64,000 nt of DNA, from assembly GCF_964204645.1 (NCBI RefSeq), contig NC_134034.1, forward strand, positions 4,374,814-4,438,813, read 5' to 3'. This document shows positions 39,697-51,395 of this stretch, piece after piece (positions within the stretch are counted from its first letter, which is position 1; every line of letters begins with the position of its first letter). The notes under the pieces were generated by a model, which searched no databases, had not been told where the DNA came from, and saw only the letters and a list, made by a program, of their open reading frames with translations. This DNA is from Tubulanus polymorphus (taxonomy: Eukaryota > Animalia > Nemertea). Made by a program: the position numbers and the translations under genes.

Positions 39697-40302
39697 ATGA
39701 ATAAAGATTTATTTATATTTGAACCGCATAATATGTTAGTTACTGGAGTAACAAACTGCGGTAAAACACATTTCATATTAGATTTGTTAGAAACTATTTA
39801 TAAGAATCATTTTGATAATATAATATTATTCTGCCCTACTTATGAAATGAATAAAACATATAATAGAGATATAGTTAAGATAAAAAGGTTTATTATATTA
39901 GATCCTAAAACAGTAAAAGAAAATTTAGATAATTGTATAAAAATAGCATTAGATATTTATAAAGGATTAAATACATTATTCATTATAGATGATTGTGCTA
40001 ATTTACATGATTCAAAAGTTAGAGAAAGTGAGTTATGTTATCTAGCTTTCTCTGGGGGACATTTTGGGATAACAACATGGGTTTTAAATCAAAAATATAA
40101 TTCAATTGTTAAAGACTTTAGGGAGAATATAAGATTTTTAGTTTTATTCTACAATAAAGATAGAAAATCTATGCAACAATCATTGGAAGAAAATCAAATT
40201 ATACCTACTGAATTACATGATGAATATATGAATAAATTAAAGAAAGGTTCAAAATTATTACTGAGGCTTCAATTTCCCTATGAATATAAATTTATAAAAT
40301 AA
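39697..40302 (+). CDS. A32/FtsK-like DNA packaging ATPase
   Basis: Walker A GVTNCGKT, Walker B LFIIDD, SG(G)HFGIT...Q...REN. Confidence 0.93.
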   Translation: MNKDLFIFEPHNMLVTGVTNCGKTHFILDLLETIYKNHFDNIILFCPTYEMNKTYNRDIVKIKRFIILDPKTVKENLDNCIKIALDIYKGLNTLFIIDDCANLHDSKVRESELCYLAFSGGHFGITTWVLNQKYNSIVKDFRENIRFLVLFYNKDRKSMQQSLEENQIIPTELHDEYMNKLKKGSKLLLRLQFPYEYKFIK

Positions 40303-40344
40303 AATCCTAATTTGGAATATTATAGAAACTAATTTATATTTCTA

Positions 40345-40578
40345 TATACTAGACGTACGTAAGAATCCAAGATTCTTGCTAAGAAAGTAAGAAAGTAAGA
40401 ATTCTTGGATTCTTACTCGTACGTCTAGTACATAGATGTATAAATTATCAAATGAATTATATAAAAATGAATAAATTATATGTTTTCTCTTAATAAAAAT
40501 AAAAATACATTATATTATAACTATTTCTATACTTAGATTAATAGTTTTATGTTTTTAATTTTTTTGAAAATTATCATA

Positions 40579-40649
<71 letters not shown>

Positions 40650-40727
40650 TAGACGTACGAGTAAGAAAGTAAGATTTCTTGGATTCTTGGATTCTTACCA
40701 AGATTCTTACGTACGTCTAGTACATAG
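40345..40727. terminator. Two related palindromes between convergent viral transcription units (putative terminators)
   Basis: TACTAGACGTACG...CGTACGTCTAGTA at ~40347-40430 and ~40647-40722, separated by an AT-rich spacer and a (TA)n run. The function is inferred. Confidence 0.5.
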
Positions 40728-40750
40728 ATATAAAAATAGTTTTATTATAA

Positions 40751-41224
40751 TTATTCTAATTTTGTTTCTAATACATTTATAAAATCATCTCTGTTTATAT
40801 CTAATTCATCAAAAGTCTTAGGTAGATTTATTAATTTTAGTCGAGTCATCTTTGAATGATAATTAGTAGGTATATTAGCTTTTTCTCTTAATTTTTCTAA
40901 GTATTCATCAAAATCATCATTATCAAAATCAAATTGATATCCAAAATGTTTTATTAGATAACTTAAATCAATTTTTCCAAAATATAATAAAAAATAGATT
41001 TGTTCAGGATTATCTTCTGCATAAGCTAATAATTTATCAAATAACAACTTATAGAATATATAATATTGGTTAGTTTTAGGATTAAAATATTTGATATATT
41101 TCTCTGGGTTATTTAACAATGGTATCATACCCATTATTTTATAAACATTTATTAGATGTAATTTTGATTTATAATGAGTGTTTTCATCAACAGGTTCAAT
41201 TCTTTTATTACAATATTGGCACAT
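40751..41224 (-). CDS. Viral protein with N-terminal C2H2-type zinc finger
   Basis: MCQYC...HYKSKLH; intact 157-aa ORF. Confidence 0.7.
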   Translation of the reverse strand: MCQYCNKRIEPVDENTHYKSKLHLINVYKIMGMIPLLNNPEKYIKYFNPKTNQYYIFYKLLFDKLLAYAEDNPEQIYFLLYFGKIDLSYLIKHFGYQFDFDNDDFDEYLEKLREKANIPTNYHSKMTRLKLINLPKTFDELDINRDDFINVLETKLE

Positions 41225-41225
41225 T

Positions 41226-41947
41226 TTATTTCTTTCTATTTCTTCTAATTTCTTTTCATGTTCTTCTAACTTCCTTTCATTTTCGATATGCGCTTGAGAT
41301 TTTTTATGTTTAGAAAAATTACTTTTAGAAATATCTAAATCACAAATGTTACAATGTTTTTTAGAATCATCAATTGTTTCATTATCATAAGTTTCAATTA
41401 TATAAACATTATCTGTTATATTATCTATGGTATCATTTGTTTCAATTGTATTAACATTATCTATGATATTATCTATTATATTATTACCAGATATATTATT
41501 ATCATTATTATTCTTTTCTTTTTCTATATGTTTCTTTGATTTCTTATGTGATGCCCAATTTTTATATGATATATATTTCTTACATACATCACAATATTTT
41601 TGATTATAATAATCTTTTTTTTTGATTCAATATCATATGTAGAGGGTATATTATAAGATGTAGATGCTGTTACATCTTCTATTTTAGTTTCAATATTATT
41701 ACTATCTTCTATTTTAGTTTCAATATTATCTTCTATTTTATATTTAATATCATTCTTATCTTCTATTTCAGGTTCAATATTATTTTCTTTTTTTTGTTTC
41801 AATATTCTTATCTATTTTACTTATTCTATATTTGAATTGATTAAAGTATTCTCCAAAATACTTACTGTATTCATCATAAGGTAATATATAATATATATCT
41901 GATATCATTTCACTTGGAGTTTGTATTTCATATATTCCACCTTCCAT
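41226..41947 (-). pseudogene. Viral protein with C2H2 zinc fingers and acidic/Asn repeats, frameshifted
   Basis: Starts MEGGIYEIQTP at TAAATG (41947); IETKIED repeats; CDVC...HIRNQ and CNIC...HKKSQAH pieces. Confidence 0.6.
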
Positions 41948-41979
41948 TTAATATAAGATTTTTTATTAAAGTTAAAATT

Positions 41980-43155
41980 TTAATATTTCATAACTCCTTT
42001 TTTCTTTTTCATGAATAATTGTATTCCATCTTTAGTATTTTGTAGTTTTTTCTCAGAACCATGTAATGAATTATCCTCTGTTGTTCTAAAATCTAACCAT
42101 AATGCATATTTATTACCGGTATAATAATCAATTTGATTAATATTACAATTTTCAAATGATTTTACTTTTTCATTCATAAAATGTTTTCTAATTTCTGGCC
42201 ATTGATCTATCATTCTCATTCCTTGACGAAATATTTTATTTGCTATACCTTCAATTGTTATTTCTACTTTTGTTATTTCAGGATTAAAATAATTATCAAC
42301 ATTTATTGCACCATTAGTATATGTTGCAATGGTAAAAAATATTAATATACCTTTAATAGATCTTCTTGGGATGTTAACATTCTCATTAATTATTTCATCA
42401 TTTGCATAAATAGTTACAGTTTTAAATTTTTCAATATAATCATATAATAATGAAAATCCTTGGTTGTAATGAGTTTGAATTATGCTAGCAATATTTTCAT
42501 CAGTTACTGTATCATATTCTAAACATATATTCGATAATTCATAACCCATATCTTTAACAACGCTGGATAATACAATTTCATTTACAGGAGCAAATGTTAT
42601 TTCGAATATAATATCTTCTTGTATAACATATTTGTATAAAGGCGCATTATTATTTATCAATTCAAAGTCTAATGGAATTTTATATTTGCTTCCATAAATC
42701 TTTTTTATCAAATTATCTGTAGCATTAGTTACTACTGCATTATTAGCCTCAGATCTTAATTTATTTTGGTTTTCTGATTGGATGCCTTGAAATATCATAT
42801 TATTTCTATTTTCTTTTGTTAACCATAAATCTTTATAATGCATGAATAAATTATAATTATCTCATGAGAAAACTGTTTCTGGTCCAATCTTTACAGCTAA
42901 TTTTTTAATCAAATATCTCCCAACATTATCAACAACATAATTATTATTATTACCAGTTACTTTTATATCGGCTGATAAATAAATACTATTTGGAACATAA
43001 AAAGTATTTTGTGTTAATCGAGGAATTCTAACATATAAAGTTTCATCGGGATTAATATTAGAAGGGTCATGAGTAATTATATGATGTGATCTTTCTGCTT
43101 TTATAGCATTAGATATTATATGATTCTTCGAAGGACTTATATAACTCCCACTCAT
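41980..43155 (-). pseudogene. Major capsid protein (double jelly-roll, Polinton/adintovirus type), frameshifted
   Basis: ITHDPSNINPDETLYVRIPRL, VVDNVGRYLIKK, YKDLWLT, KIPLDFE, NICLEYDTV, NPEITKVEITIEG, KYALWLDFRT..DNSLHG. Confidence 0.82.
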
Positions 43156-43184
43156 TTATTTAACAAAAAAATTAATTATTAATT

Positions 43185-44590
43185 TTATATCATATTCACT
43201 AACCCAAAAATAATTGCACTTACAACTGTAATTAAAAATAAAATGATATGTTCAGCAGCAAAGTTAAGAATATTCCCAGCAGATTTCAATATAAAACCAA
43301 CAATTGACGCAATAACTCCGGGTAAAGCTGCAGCAGATTTTGTAGATAGTTCCCATAAATATTTTGCTAATTTCTTTAAACCATCCTTAACTTTATCTTG
43401 TATAGAATTATTATCATTCGGGAGTTTATCCGGTTTATTGGGAGTAGGAGTAGATTTCAGTGAGTTTTATATAGCTAAACCTATTGTTGTAAATTCCATA
43501 GTTACAGCTGTTAGAATTGAAAGAATTGTGATTCCTTCACTCTCAAATAATAATTTTATTCTATCTTTCAATGATATTTCAGAATTTGGTTTGATTATTA
43601 AATCTTTAACAACAACTTTTAATCTATTAATACAATAATCATGTGATTTTTTTAATAATTTAATTTCTTCTTTCTGAAATTCTATGTTATATTCTAAATT
43701 ATCAATTTCTTTTTCGAAATATACATTTCTTTTTTTAAATTCAATTTCTTCAATAACTTTATTATCTCTATCTAATTTTAATTGTTCTGATTCTTTTCTT
43801 GATTTAAATAATTTATCTTCTAAAGTTCGAATTTTAAAATCTCTTAACTTTTATCATGCGCAAATTTATCAGCTTTATTTTGTATACTAATAATTTCTCT
43901 AATTGCTTTATCAGAAAATATATTTAAATCTTCTAATTCTTGTTTTGTTGCATCAAGTAATCTATTTGGTAAAAGTTTTTCAGTTTGAACTCCTCTTGAA
44001 TTAGGTTTACTAGTTTTGGAAGTTATATTCTGTTCAGAAGTTGTTTCTGTTTCTAAATTATTATCGATTGTTTCAAATAATTCATTAATTCTTTGTTTAA
44101 ATACTCTTTCATTTTTAATAATTTCTTCTTGTGTTACATCTTCTATTTCATTACTATTTCTTATTCTTTTAATTCTAGATAGGTCTAACTTAAGCAAAGT
44201 TGATTCTGCTAATATTTTGTTTTGTTTTTTATAAGAGATATCAATATAATAATCATCTTTCAAATGATAATAATATTCATCATCTAATGATTTTAATTCT
44301 CTTACTAAATATCTAGCACCTCTATCATTGATATTATATCCTGATCTTTCAAATATAGGTTTGAAATTATAAATATATTCATTATATTCTAAATTTAGTT
44401 TTACTAAATCTGGATTTTCATTTTCAGGATTTATTCTCGATCTAATTCTTCTATCAAATTCATCTGTTAATGGGCCTTTAGAACCACTATCTGCTAAATT
44501 AGAATTATATGCTGATTCATCATCATTATCAATATTAGTTTCTGCATCATTATAATCATCATCAATATATCCTTCATTATTAATTCCCAT
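43185..44590 (-). pseudogene. Coiled-coil protein with long hydrophobic/amphipathic C-terminus (putative membrane-active virion protein)
   Basis: ORF 43844-44590 continues after a frameshift into LKDRIKLLFESEGITILSILTAV...AAALPGVIASIVGFILKSAG...HIILFLITVV. Confidence 0.65.
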
Positions 44591-44600
44591 TTCTCCGATT

Positions 44601-45085
44601 TCATAATCTTCTACACCTTCTGAGATTAATATTATTATCCAATTCCTTAAAATATTTAGATCCGGGTAAAGGACATTCTAATTCATTTAATATTATTCTG
44701 ATTTGAAAATATGTGTGAAATCTAAATATTGTGTGAATTAATTTTAAATCAGAATAATTCAAATTTTTATCTAAGTTATTCAAATGATCATTCCAACTTA
44801 TACCGCAACCAGTTGTTGCACAATAAACAGCAAAATTTAATTGATTCTGCCAATATTTCATATTAGATTTTACTTTATATATATGATATTCATCTCGAGT
44901 AAAAGTAACTTCATATGTATTAAATATATTTTAGAAATAAAAAACTGTGATTCAGTAACATAAATTTCTAAATTAGTTAATGAATTTAAAACTAAATTTT
45001 TATATGTAATATTTTTGTTAAAATCTATTGCAGGAATATTATATTTGATTGATTTATTATATTGCAAAGCTTTTGGAAACCCCTT
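44601..45085 (-). pseudogene. Conserved Polinton-like-virus hypothetical protein (YWQNQLNFAVYCATTGCGIS)
   Basis: Two ORF pieces 44870-45067 and 44601-44861; the start codon appears mutated (TAAAAG for TAAATG at 45085). Confidence 0.65.
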
Positions 45086-45116
45086 TTATATAATAAGAAA
45101 ATTAATAATTTATTAA

Positions 45117-45523
45117 TTATTTTAATAATTTATCTTGTTCTTCAACTGTTATATTACCATTTAAACTTATTATATAATCTAGTGTATTCTTCAATTTATT
45201 AATTTCTTTTATATTAGTTTTAATTTTTTCTTTATTACTTTTTATATTTAATTTTGAACTTATGCAGGTTAATACACTTGATGATAATCCTAACACACCA
45301 ATTGATATAGCTACTGAATATTGCTAGAAATGATATTACAGAACTAATTGTAACCGAACCACTGATAATAAGATAATATATAATTTTACTTTTTAAATAT
45401 TTTTTTCTTTTTTATCTTTAAGTCACTTTCAAATTGTAATATTCGTTTTTCTAAATATATTTTTAATTTAGTTTTATTTATATCATGAGGAATAATATTA
45501 ACACCATCAACTTCATCATCCAT
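45117..45523 (-). pseudogene. Small two-TM viral protein
   Basis: MDDEVDGVNIIPHD..., hydrophobic spans IIYYLISGSVTISSVI and ISIGVLGLSSSVL, ends DYIISLNGNITVEEQDKLLK; frameshifts. Confidence 0.6.
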
Positions 45524-45588
45524 TTATTTAGAAAAAAATTACTAATTAGTAAATTTATAAGCAACAAATATAACAATAACTGTTCCCC

Positions 45589-45942
45589 CTAAATTCCAAT
45601 TTTACTTGGGGTATAATAATCTGATATTGTAGGTTTATGTAGATGTAATTTTTCTTTATTGGTTACTGCGTTATATAAACTCATTGCATCATCAACTGAT
45701 TGAAAATCTCTATGTGAAATCTTCTGATTATATAATTCCTTGTTAATATAATCCATATAGTTTTGTCTTTTTTCTCTGTATTCTTCTGCAGCTTTATTAT
45801 ATTTTTCTAATGCTAAGTTATGTCTTTTTTGTTCTGTTAATGAACCATTTTTATCAATATGTTTAAATAAATAACCACCACCAGTAAATGCTAAAGCGTT
45901 AACTTTTGCTGATCCTAAAATAGTTATAATTGCAGAAGCCAT
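45589..45942 (-). CDS. Viral protein with hydrophobic N-terminus and coiled coil
   Basis: MASAIITILGSAKVNALAFTGGGYLF...EQKRHNLALEK; preceded by the conserved motif. Confidence 0.75.
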   Translation of the reverse strand: MASAIITILGSAKVNALAFTGGGYLFKHIDKNGSLTEQKRHNLALEKYNKAAEEYREKRQNYMDYINKELYNQKISHRDFQSVDDAMSLYNAVTNKEKLHLHKPTISDYYTPSKIGI

Positions 45943-45967
45943 TTATTTAGCAAAAAAAATTATGCAA

Positions 45968-46189
45968 TTATATGGGAGGAATATATTTTTGTTTTTCCAA
46001 ATAATCAAAAGTTAAATTAGATAAAGTAACTGCTAACGTTAATTTTAAAATATCATTTATATCAAATCTATCAACATCAACACTTCCCATTTTAAATACT
46101 TTTTTTAATACCATTGAATAACCAACAGTTCCAACTGATAGTAATGCTCCATTATATAATCCAGTTATTATCCACTTATTATCACTCAT
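45968..46189 (-). CDS. Small hydrophobic viral protein
   Basis: Intact 73-aa ORF with two hydrophobic segments; preceded by the conserved motif. Confidence 0.75.
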   Translation of the reverse strand: MSDNKWIITGLYNGALLSVGTVGYSMVLKKVFKMGSVDVDRFDINDILKLTLAVTLSNLTFDYLEKQKYIPPI

Positions 46190-46204
46190 TTATTTATAAA
46201 AAAA

Positions 46205-46532
46205 TTACTTTCTTCAAAATATTTAGTTATCTTATTTATGATTAATTCAACATTTATAGTATTATTAGGTTCATTTTCATATATTTCAGTTATTATTCTT
46301 TTAATATCATCAATTATAAAATCTTCATCTAATTCATAAAATCTTAAAGACTCGGTAATCTTTTCTACATTAAAGTTTCATTATCTATTGTTTTTTCATA
46401 CTCAAATGATGTTTCATTAGAAAATGCAATATTTTTAATATGTGTTATTACATCATTAATGTTAAATTTCATTTCTTTCTCATGTTTAAAATCAAATCCA
46501 AAACATATACTCGATCCAACAGTTATATTCAT
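46205..46532 (-). pseudogene. Viral hypothetical protein
   Basis: Starts MNITVGSSICFGF at the conserved motif; frameshift near 46380. Confidence 0.5.
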
Positions 46533-46548
46533 TTATATAGTGAAAAAA

Positions 46549-47055
46549 TTACTCTTTACATCTTATAATTACAGGAAAGTTATTCAAATCAATTAAATAA
46601 CCATTATGATTTCTAATTTCTAATTCAAAATTGTTAAATCGTGAAATACAAGGTATAAAATCACATTCTGTTAAATTATATATTATTTTCGTTCCGAATT
46701 GTTTAACATTTTGTAATGGTATAATATTTAATATACTAGAATTACAAGTTATATCTTTAGTTGCTTCAAAATTTTTTGTAGCATCAATTAAATCGCAATA
46801 AATATAAAAATGTGTGTTAGGTATTAAGTTTGGCGTAGCATCAATATTTGTGAAAGACCTGTCTGGAGGAATTCCTAACAGTTTAGCTATAGGTTTTTTA
46901 CCATAAATTTATTTTTTTCACTATTAGACAACCTTATCTTTATTCTATCAGAACTCTCACTTTTTAAAAATCTAATACTAAAACCGGAATTACTACCTAA
47001 TTTGTGCAAGGCTTTTTATTAATTTCTTGTTCTAATGTATCTAAAATTTCGTTAA
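46549..47055 (-). pseudogene. Minor capsid (penton-like) protein, 5' part deleted
   Basis: IAKLLG...FYIYCDLID...SSILNIIP...NNFELEIRNHNGYLIDLNNFPV, a typical single jelly-roll penton C-terminal pattern; not in the ORF track. Confidence 0.72.
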
Positions 47056-50000
47056 ACATTTCGTGATCTTCTGATCTTAAACATTTCATCTTATGTTTTC
47101 TAACTTCTTCATTGAATATACAATTGATATAATCTTTGAAATGAATATTCTTTTCTACTACACTTTTGGTTATTCCTTTTAACTTTTTAGCTTCATGTTC
47201 TTTAGTTTTATATGAATACATTTTTGATCTAATACCAATGAATTCAATCATTTCTTCACCGCCTAATTCATTCTTAAACTTCCCGGGTCGCTTTTTATTA
47301 TCATTGCTAAACAATTCATGATTTTTAGGATAGTTACTAAAATCAAAATGATGTTTTAATGTTTCTAAATCATCAGTTATGTTATTAGTTTTTATCTTTA
47401 ATATGTAAGAATCTGTATCAAAATATAATATTTCTATATGTTTTTCTCCAAAATGAGGTTGTAATACATTATAATAGAATTCATACATCAATAGCTTTGA
47501 TATTTCTAAAACTGAAGCACCAACATAGATTGGTTTATTAAATTTCATAGAAGTTCTTCTCATTTTAACTGCAGCTAAATTTTCATCAAATATTCTGTTA
47601 CCTATAAACTTAGGATATGTTTGTAAATGTCTAATTCTTTTACCATTACTAACTAACTCAATACCATTTCTATTTCTAATATTTTCACAAGTCTTACCAT
47701 AGAATGCATTGTTCATTAACTTAAAGAAATCTTTTTCGAAATCAGTTTTAGCTTTAGTTCTCTGTTTGGTGTTAAAATCTATATATTTTTCTAACCATTT
47801 AGATTGACTAAATGAAATATATCTATGTACTTTTTTAAATACCATTCCTTGATTCAAATAAAACTTTAACATTCTATAATGTTTTACATAATTATATTTA
47901 TCTTCTTGAGTTACCATTAACTTTTCTGTATGAATATGATTTTCGGGTTTAATTCTTTTTTGATAATTTGATAATTCTTCATGAGTTACAGTTTTATGTT
48001 CGGGACAGTATGCTAGATTTCTAGTTTTAAATTTAATATGGTCAGGATATTCTAAATCTACTACAAAGAAGTAACCAGTATCTGAATAATCTGCAATATG
48101 TAGGATTCTTTTCTTCCAATCAAATTTATCATTATTTTCATGTTGTAAAACTTCACTTATTTCAAATACTCCATAAGGTTGTGGTTCCATCATTGCCCAT
48201 CCATATAAATTATTTGCATCTATATATAATAACTTATATCCAGGGTTATCATTTACATTGAAATATCTATCCCCTAATACACCTGAAACTCCTCCTCTTA
48301 TACATTTTTCAAATAATAATAATTGATCTATATTTGTTAACAAATCCATTTTTATATCTGTAAATTTTAAACCACAATCCCAAGTTAATCCTGGACTAGA
48401 ATAACAATGACAAGGATCAATGTTAAAATATTTTAGGTTTACATCTCTAAACCTTTCGAATATATCCGATAATAATAATACATCTGATTTTAAATATAAA
48501 TCTACTAATTGTCCATGATTTTTCATTCCAAAATGATACCAAATATTCAATGTTCTATTATAGACTTCATCTTTAACATGTTCATTTTTTAATTCATCAT
48601 AAAATTGTTCTTTTAATAATTCAGTTATATTGAAATCATTATGTGATATATAAAAACTATATGGTATTGCTCCTTTATACCTCATTAATTGAAAATCATC
48701 ATTATTTGGATAGTGTTGTTTTAATATTTTTAATTCATCATCAACTAATGATTTTGATAAATTATCTAATGAACTATTTAAAAATCTATATGAATCTATA
48801 AATCTTAGGCAACCAAATTGGAATGATATATAATTCTCAGATGTTCTAGCTAACATTTTTAATTTATAAGTTGGTATTTTATCTTTTGATCTATTTGAAT
48901 TTAATCTTTCCATTTCATTATTAATTTCTTCTATTTTATGACATAACTGTTTGATGAATAAATGTGCATCATATCCTGATAGATTATGAAATATAACTGG
49001 AACAAAATTCATTTTCTTTGCTTGCAAATTACAATTCTCATGCGCAGCGCCTCTAAACTTTCCGTTCAAATGATCATGGTCTCTTACTTTTTTAACTTTA
49101 TAATTAAATATCTTTTCACAATAATAACATTTACCTGAAAACACAAATTCTTCTTTATCTTCTTCTGTCATAATCATTTTTTTATTTGTATTCAATAATT
49201 TACTAAATCTTATTTCATATTCAATTAATAAGTCACAAAAATGATTGATAACATTTTAATTTCTATAATGATAATATTCACTTTCAATTAGTTTTGGATA
49301 ATCAGATTTAATATATAACCCGAAAGCAGCAGCTGATTGATGAATCTTTTTAATTGTATTTGTTTTTGGTGGTTCATCTGAAAAATCATTTTCATTAGAA
49401 TTTAATTTCTCTCTTTTATAATATATTTCTTTTCTATCTTGATCAGTTAATTCTTTATTTAATGATTCAAAATCTCCATATATAACAAATGGTACTTTAT
49501 TTTTGTAATCATATTTTTTGAATTCTAATATTTATCCTTTTCATTTGGTGAAACTAATTTACAATAATCATGATTATCACATAATTGTTTATGATTTAAT
49601 AATGTACTTTCATTACTGAATCTATGTAAACATTTTCTACATAGATCAATTTTACGATGATGATCACTTTCTGTTCTAAAGAATAAATCGATTTGTTTAA
49701 TCCACATATAATGATTTTCATAATATAATATATCTACAACATCATTTGAATCATAATCTTTTGATAGGTATAAAGGTTCTAATGTAAAATGTTTTATATT
49801 GATGCCTTTTGTTTTTGGTAATTTGATTAAATCAAATACTTTTATTCTTAAATTATTATCTCTTTCTATTTTTTGGATATTTTTAATTCTAAATGGATAC
49901 TTATCTATCTTATAATTATTTTCAAATTGTTTATAATTTGTTAATCTAAAACTATGTGTAATATCTTCTGTTTGATGTGAGCAACTTATAATTGTCCATA

Positions 50001-50910
50001 GAAAATATTTATCATCAAAATTTTGTACATTTATAACAGCATTAGTTTTAAATGGTAGTTTAATATAACTTGATGCTTCAATATCTGGTTCTTTATAATA
50101 TGATACATTATTTTCATCTATTGGTTTTGATTTAGTTAACTTATTATATTTTGTGTTAGACACATGTAAAGTCTGATGAAATATTATTTCATCAAATATT
50201 AAACCAGATCCTTCAAAATATTTCTCTTCTATTTTAGTTTTTACTTCATTATAACATTTATCTAATTTATCATCTATATGTTGTTTAGATATAATATGTT
50301 GTGAATGAGAATTTATATTATATATTGTTTAATCTTCAGATTTTATAAATTTAACCATAGAAGATATACTAATTTTAGGGTATTCAACATCAGTGATTAT
50401 TTTTATAATATTTTTCATATTTTCTAAATGTTTTTTATTTTCTTCTAAAGTTTTTCCTTTATGAAATTTAAACTCAATAGCAGCTGGACCAATATCACTT
50501 TTAACTGCTTTTTTATTATCTAATGAATTAATATAATTTCTTACATCTTCCATGTATGGTCTTTTATTGTTTAATTTATTTCTTATTCTTTTAATTGTCT
50601 TAAGTTTCTTATCATTGTCATTATCAAAATAATCCTCACCTAAAATATCATTATTCATATTTCTAATATGGCTTTTAGATTTTAAATGTTCATTATAATA
50701 TCTTTTATCACTGAATGATTGATTACATGTATCACATTTGTATGTTTCTTTTTCATTCTTTAATTCATCTAATTTAGTTTCTAACATATCATCTTCATAT
50801 TCTAATTTCAATTTATTCTCTAAATGAGTTTTGGTTTTATTGTGTCTTGATTTTTGGGATTTATCTATATTGATTTTACATGTTGAACAGTAGTACTTAT
50901 TTGTTTCCAT
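47056..50910 (-). pseudogene. Protein-primed family B DNA polymerase (pPolB), disrupted
   Basis: N-terminal zinc fingers; PFVIYGDFES (exo I), VRDHDH...AHENCN insert, FHNLSGYDAH (exo II), YIDANNLYG, KLMNNAFYGK, YFDTDS, KLKGI. Several frameshifts and the C-terminal end is missing. Confidence 0.96.
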
Positions 50911-51208
50911 TTTAATACTAAAAATTTTTAATTTTTAAATTGATTTTACACATTTTATTCATTTATATTTTATTCATTTATATGTTATTCATGTATATAT
51001 ATGAATTATTTCAATCACACTTTACTAACACTTTTTATGTTTAAAAATCTAACTCATACAAATATAAATATTGAAATAAGTTTAAAATATATCTATATAT
51101 CTATTCTATAAGAGCTCGACCTCCGACCTCTGACTTGAAACCCCACTTTTCTAATTACTTTTATATGTTATTCATATATATTTTATCCATCTAAATGAAT
51201 ATTTTAAG

Positions 51209-51395
51209 AGTAATAGGGGAATGTGGCTTTCATATCAACGTTGAAAGGGTGAGTGAGTAAAAAATGAAAATAACAATAATTTCTAGTTGAATTAGGAGTG
51301 TGCGCGACTAATTCAACTGGAAATTATTGTTATTTTCATTTTTTACGAGCTCGACCTTTCGCCCTTTGGTATGAAAGCCACATTCGCCTATTATT
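51209..51395. repeat. Terminal palindrome inside the right TIR
   Basis: AGTAATAGGGG at 51209 through CGCCTATTATT at 51395; mirror of 36286-36474. Confidence 0.95.

Larger units (their letters stand above)
43153..46551 (-). promoter_or_regulatory. Five copies of the upstream motif TAATTTTTT(TT)-N1-3-TA(A/T)ATAAATG
   Basis: Copies overlap the ATGs at 43155, 45523, 45942, 46189 and 46532 on the - strand. Confidence 0.8.

Noticed and set aside
43243-43638. + strand 131-aa ORF in the virus
   Set aside because: Antisense shadow of the - strand hydrophobic protein; it lacks the TAAATG start motif.
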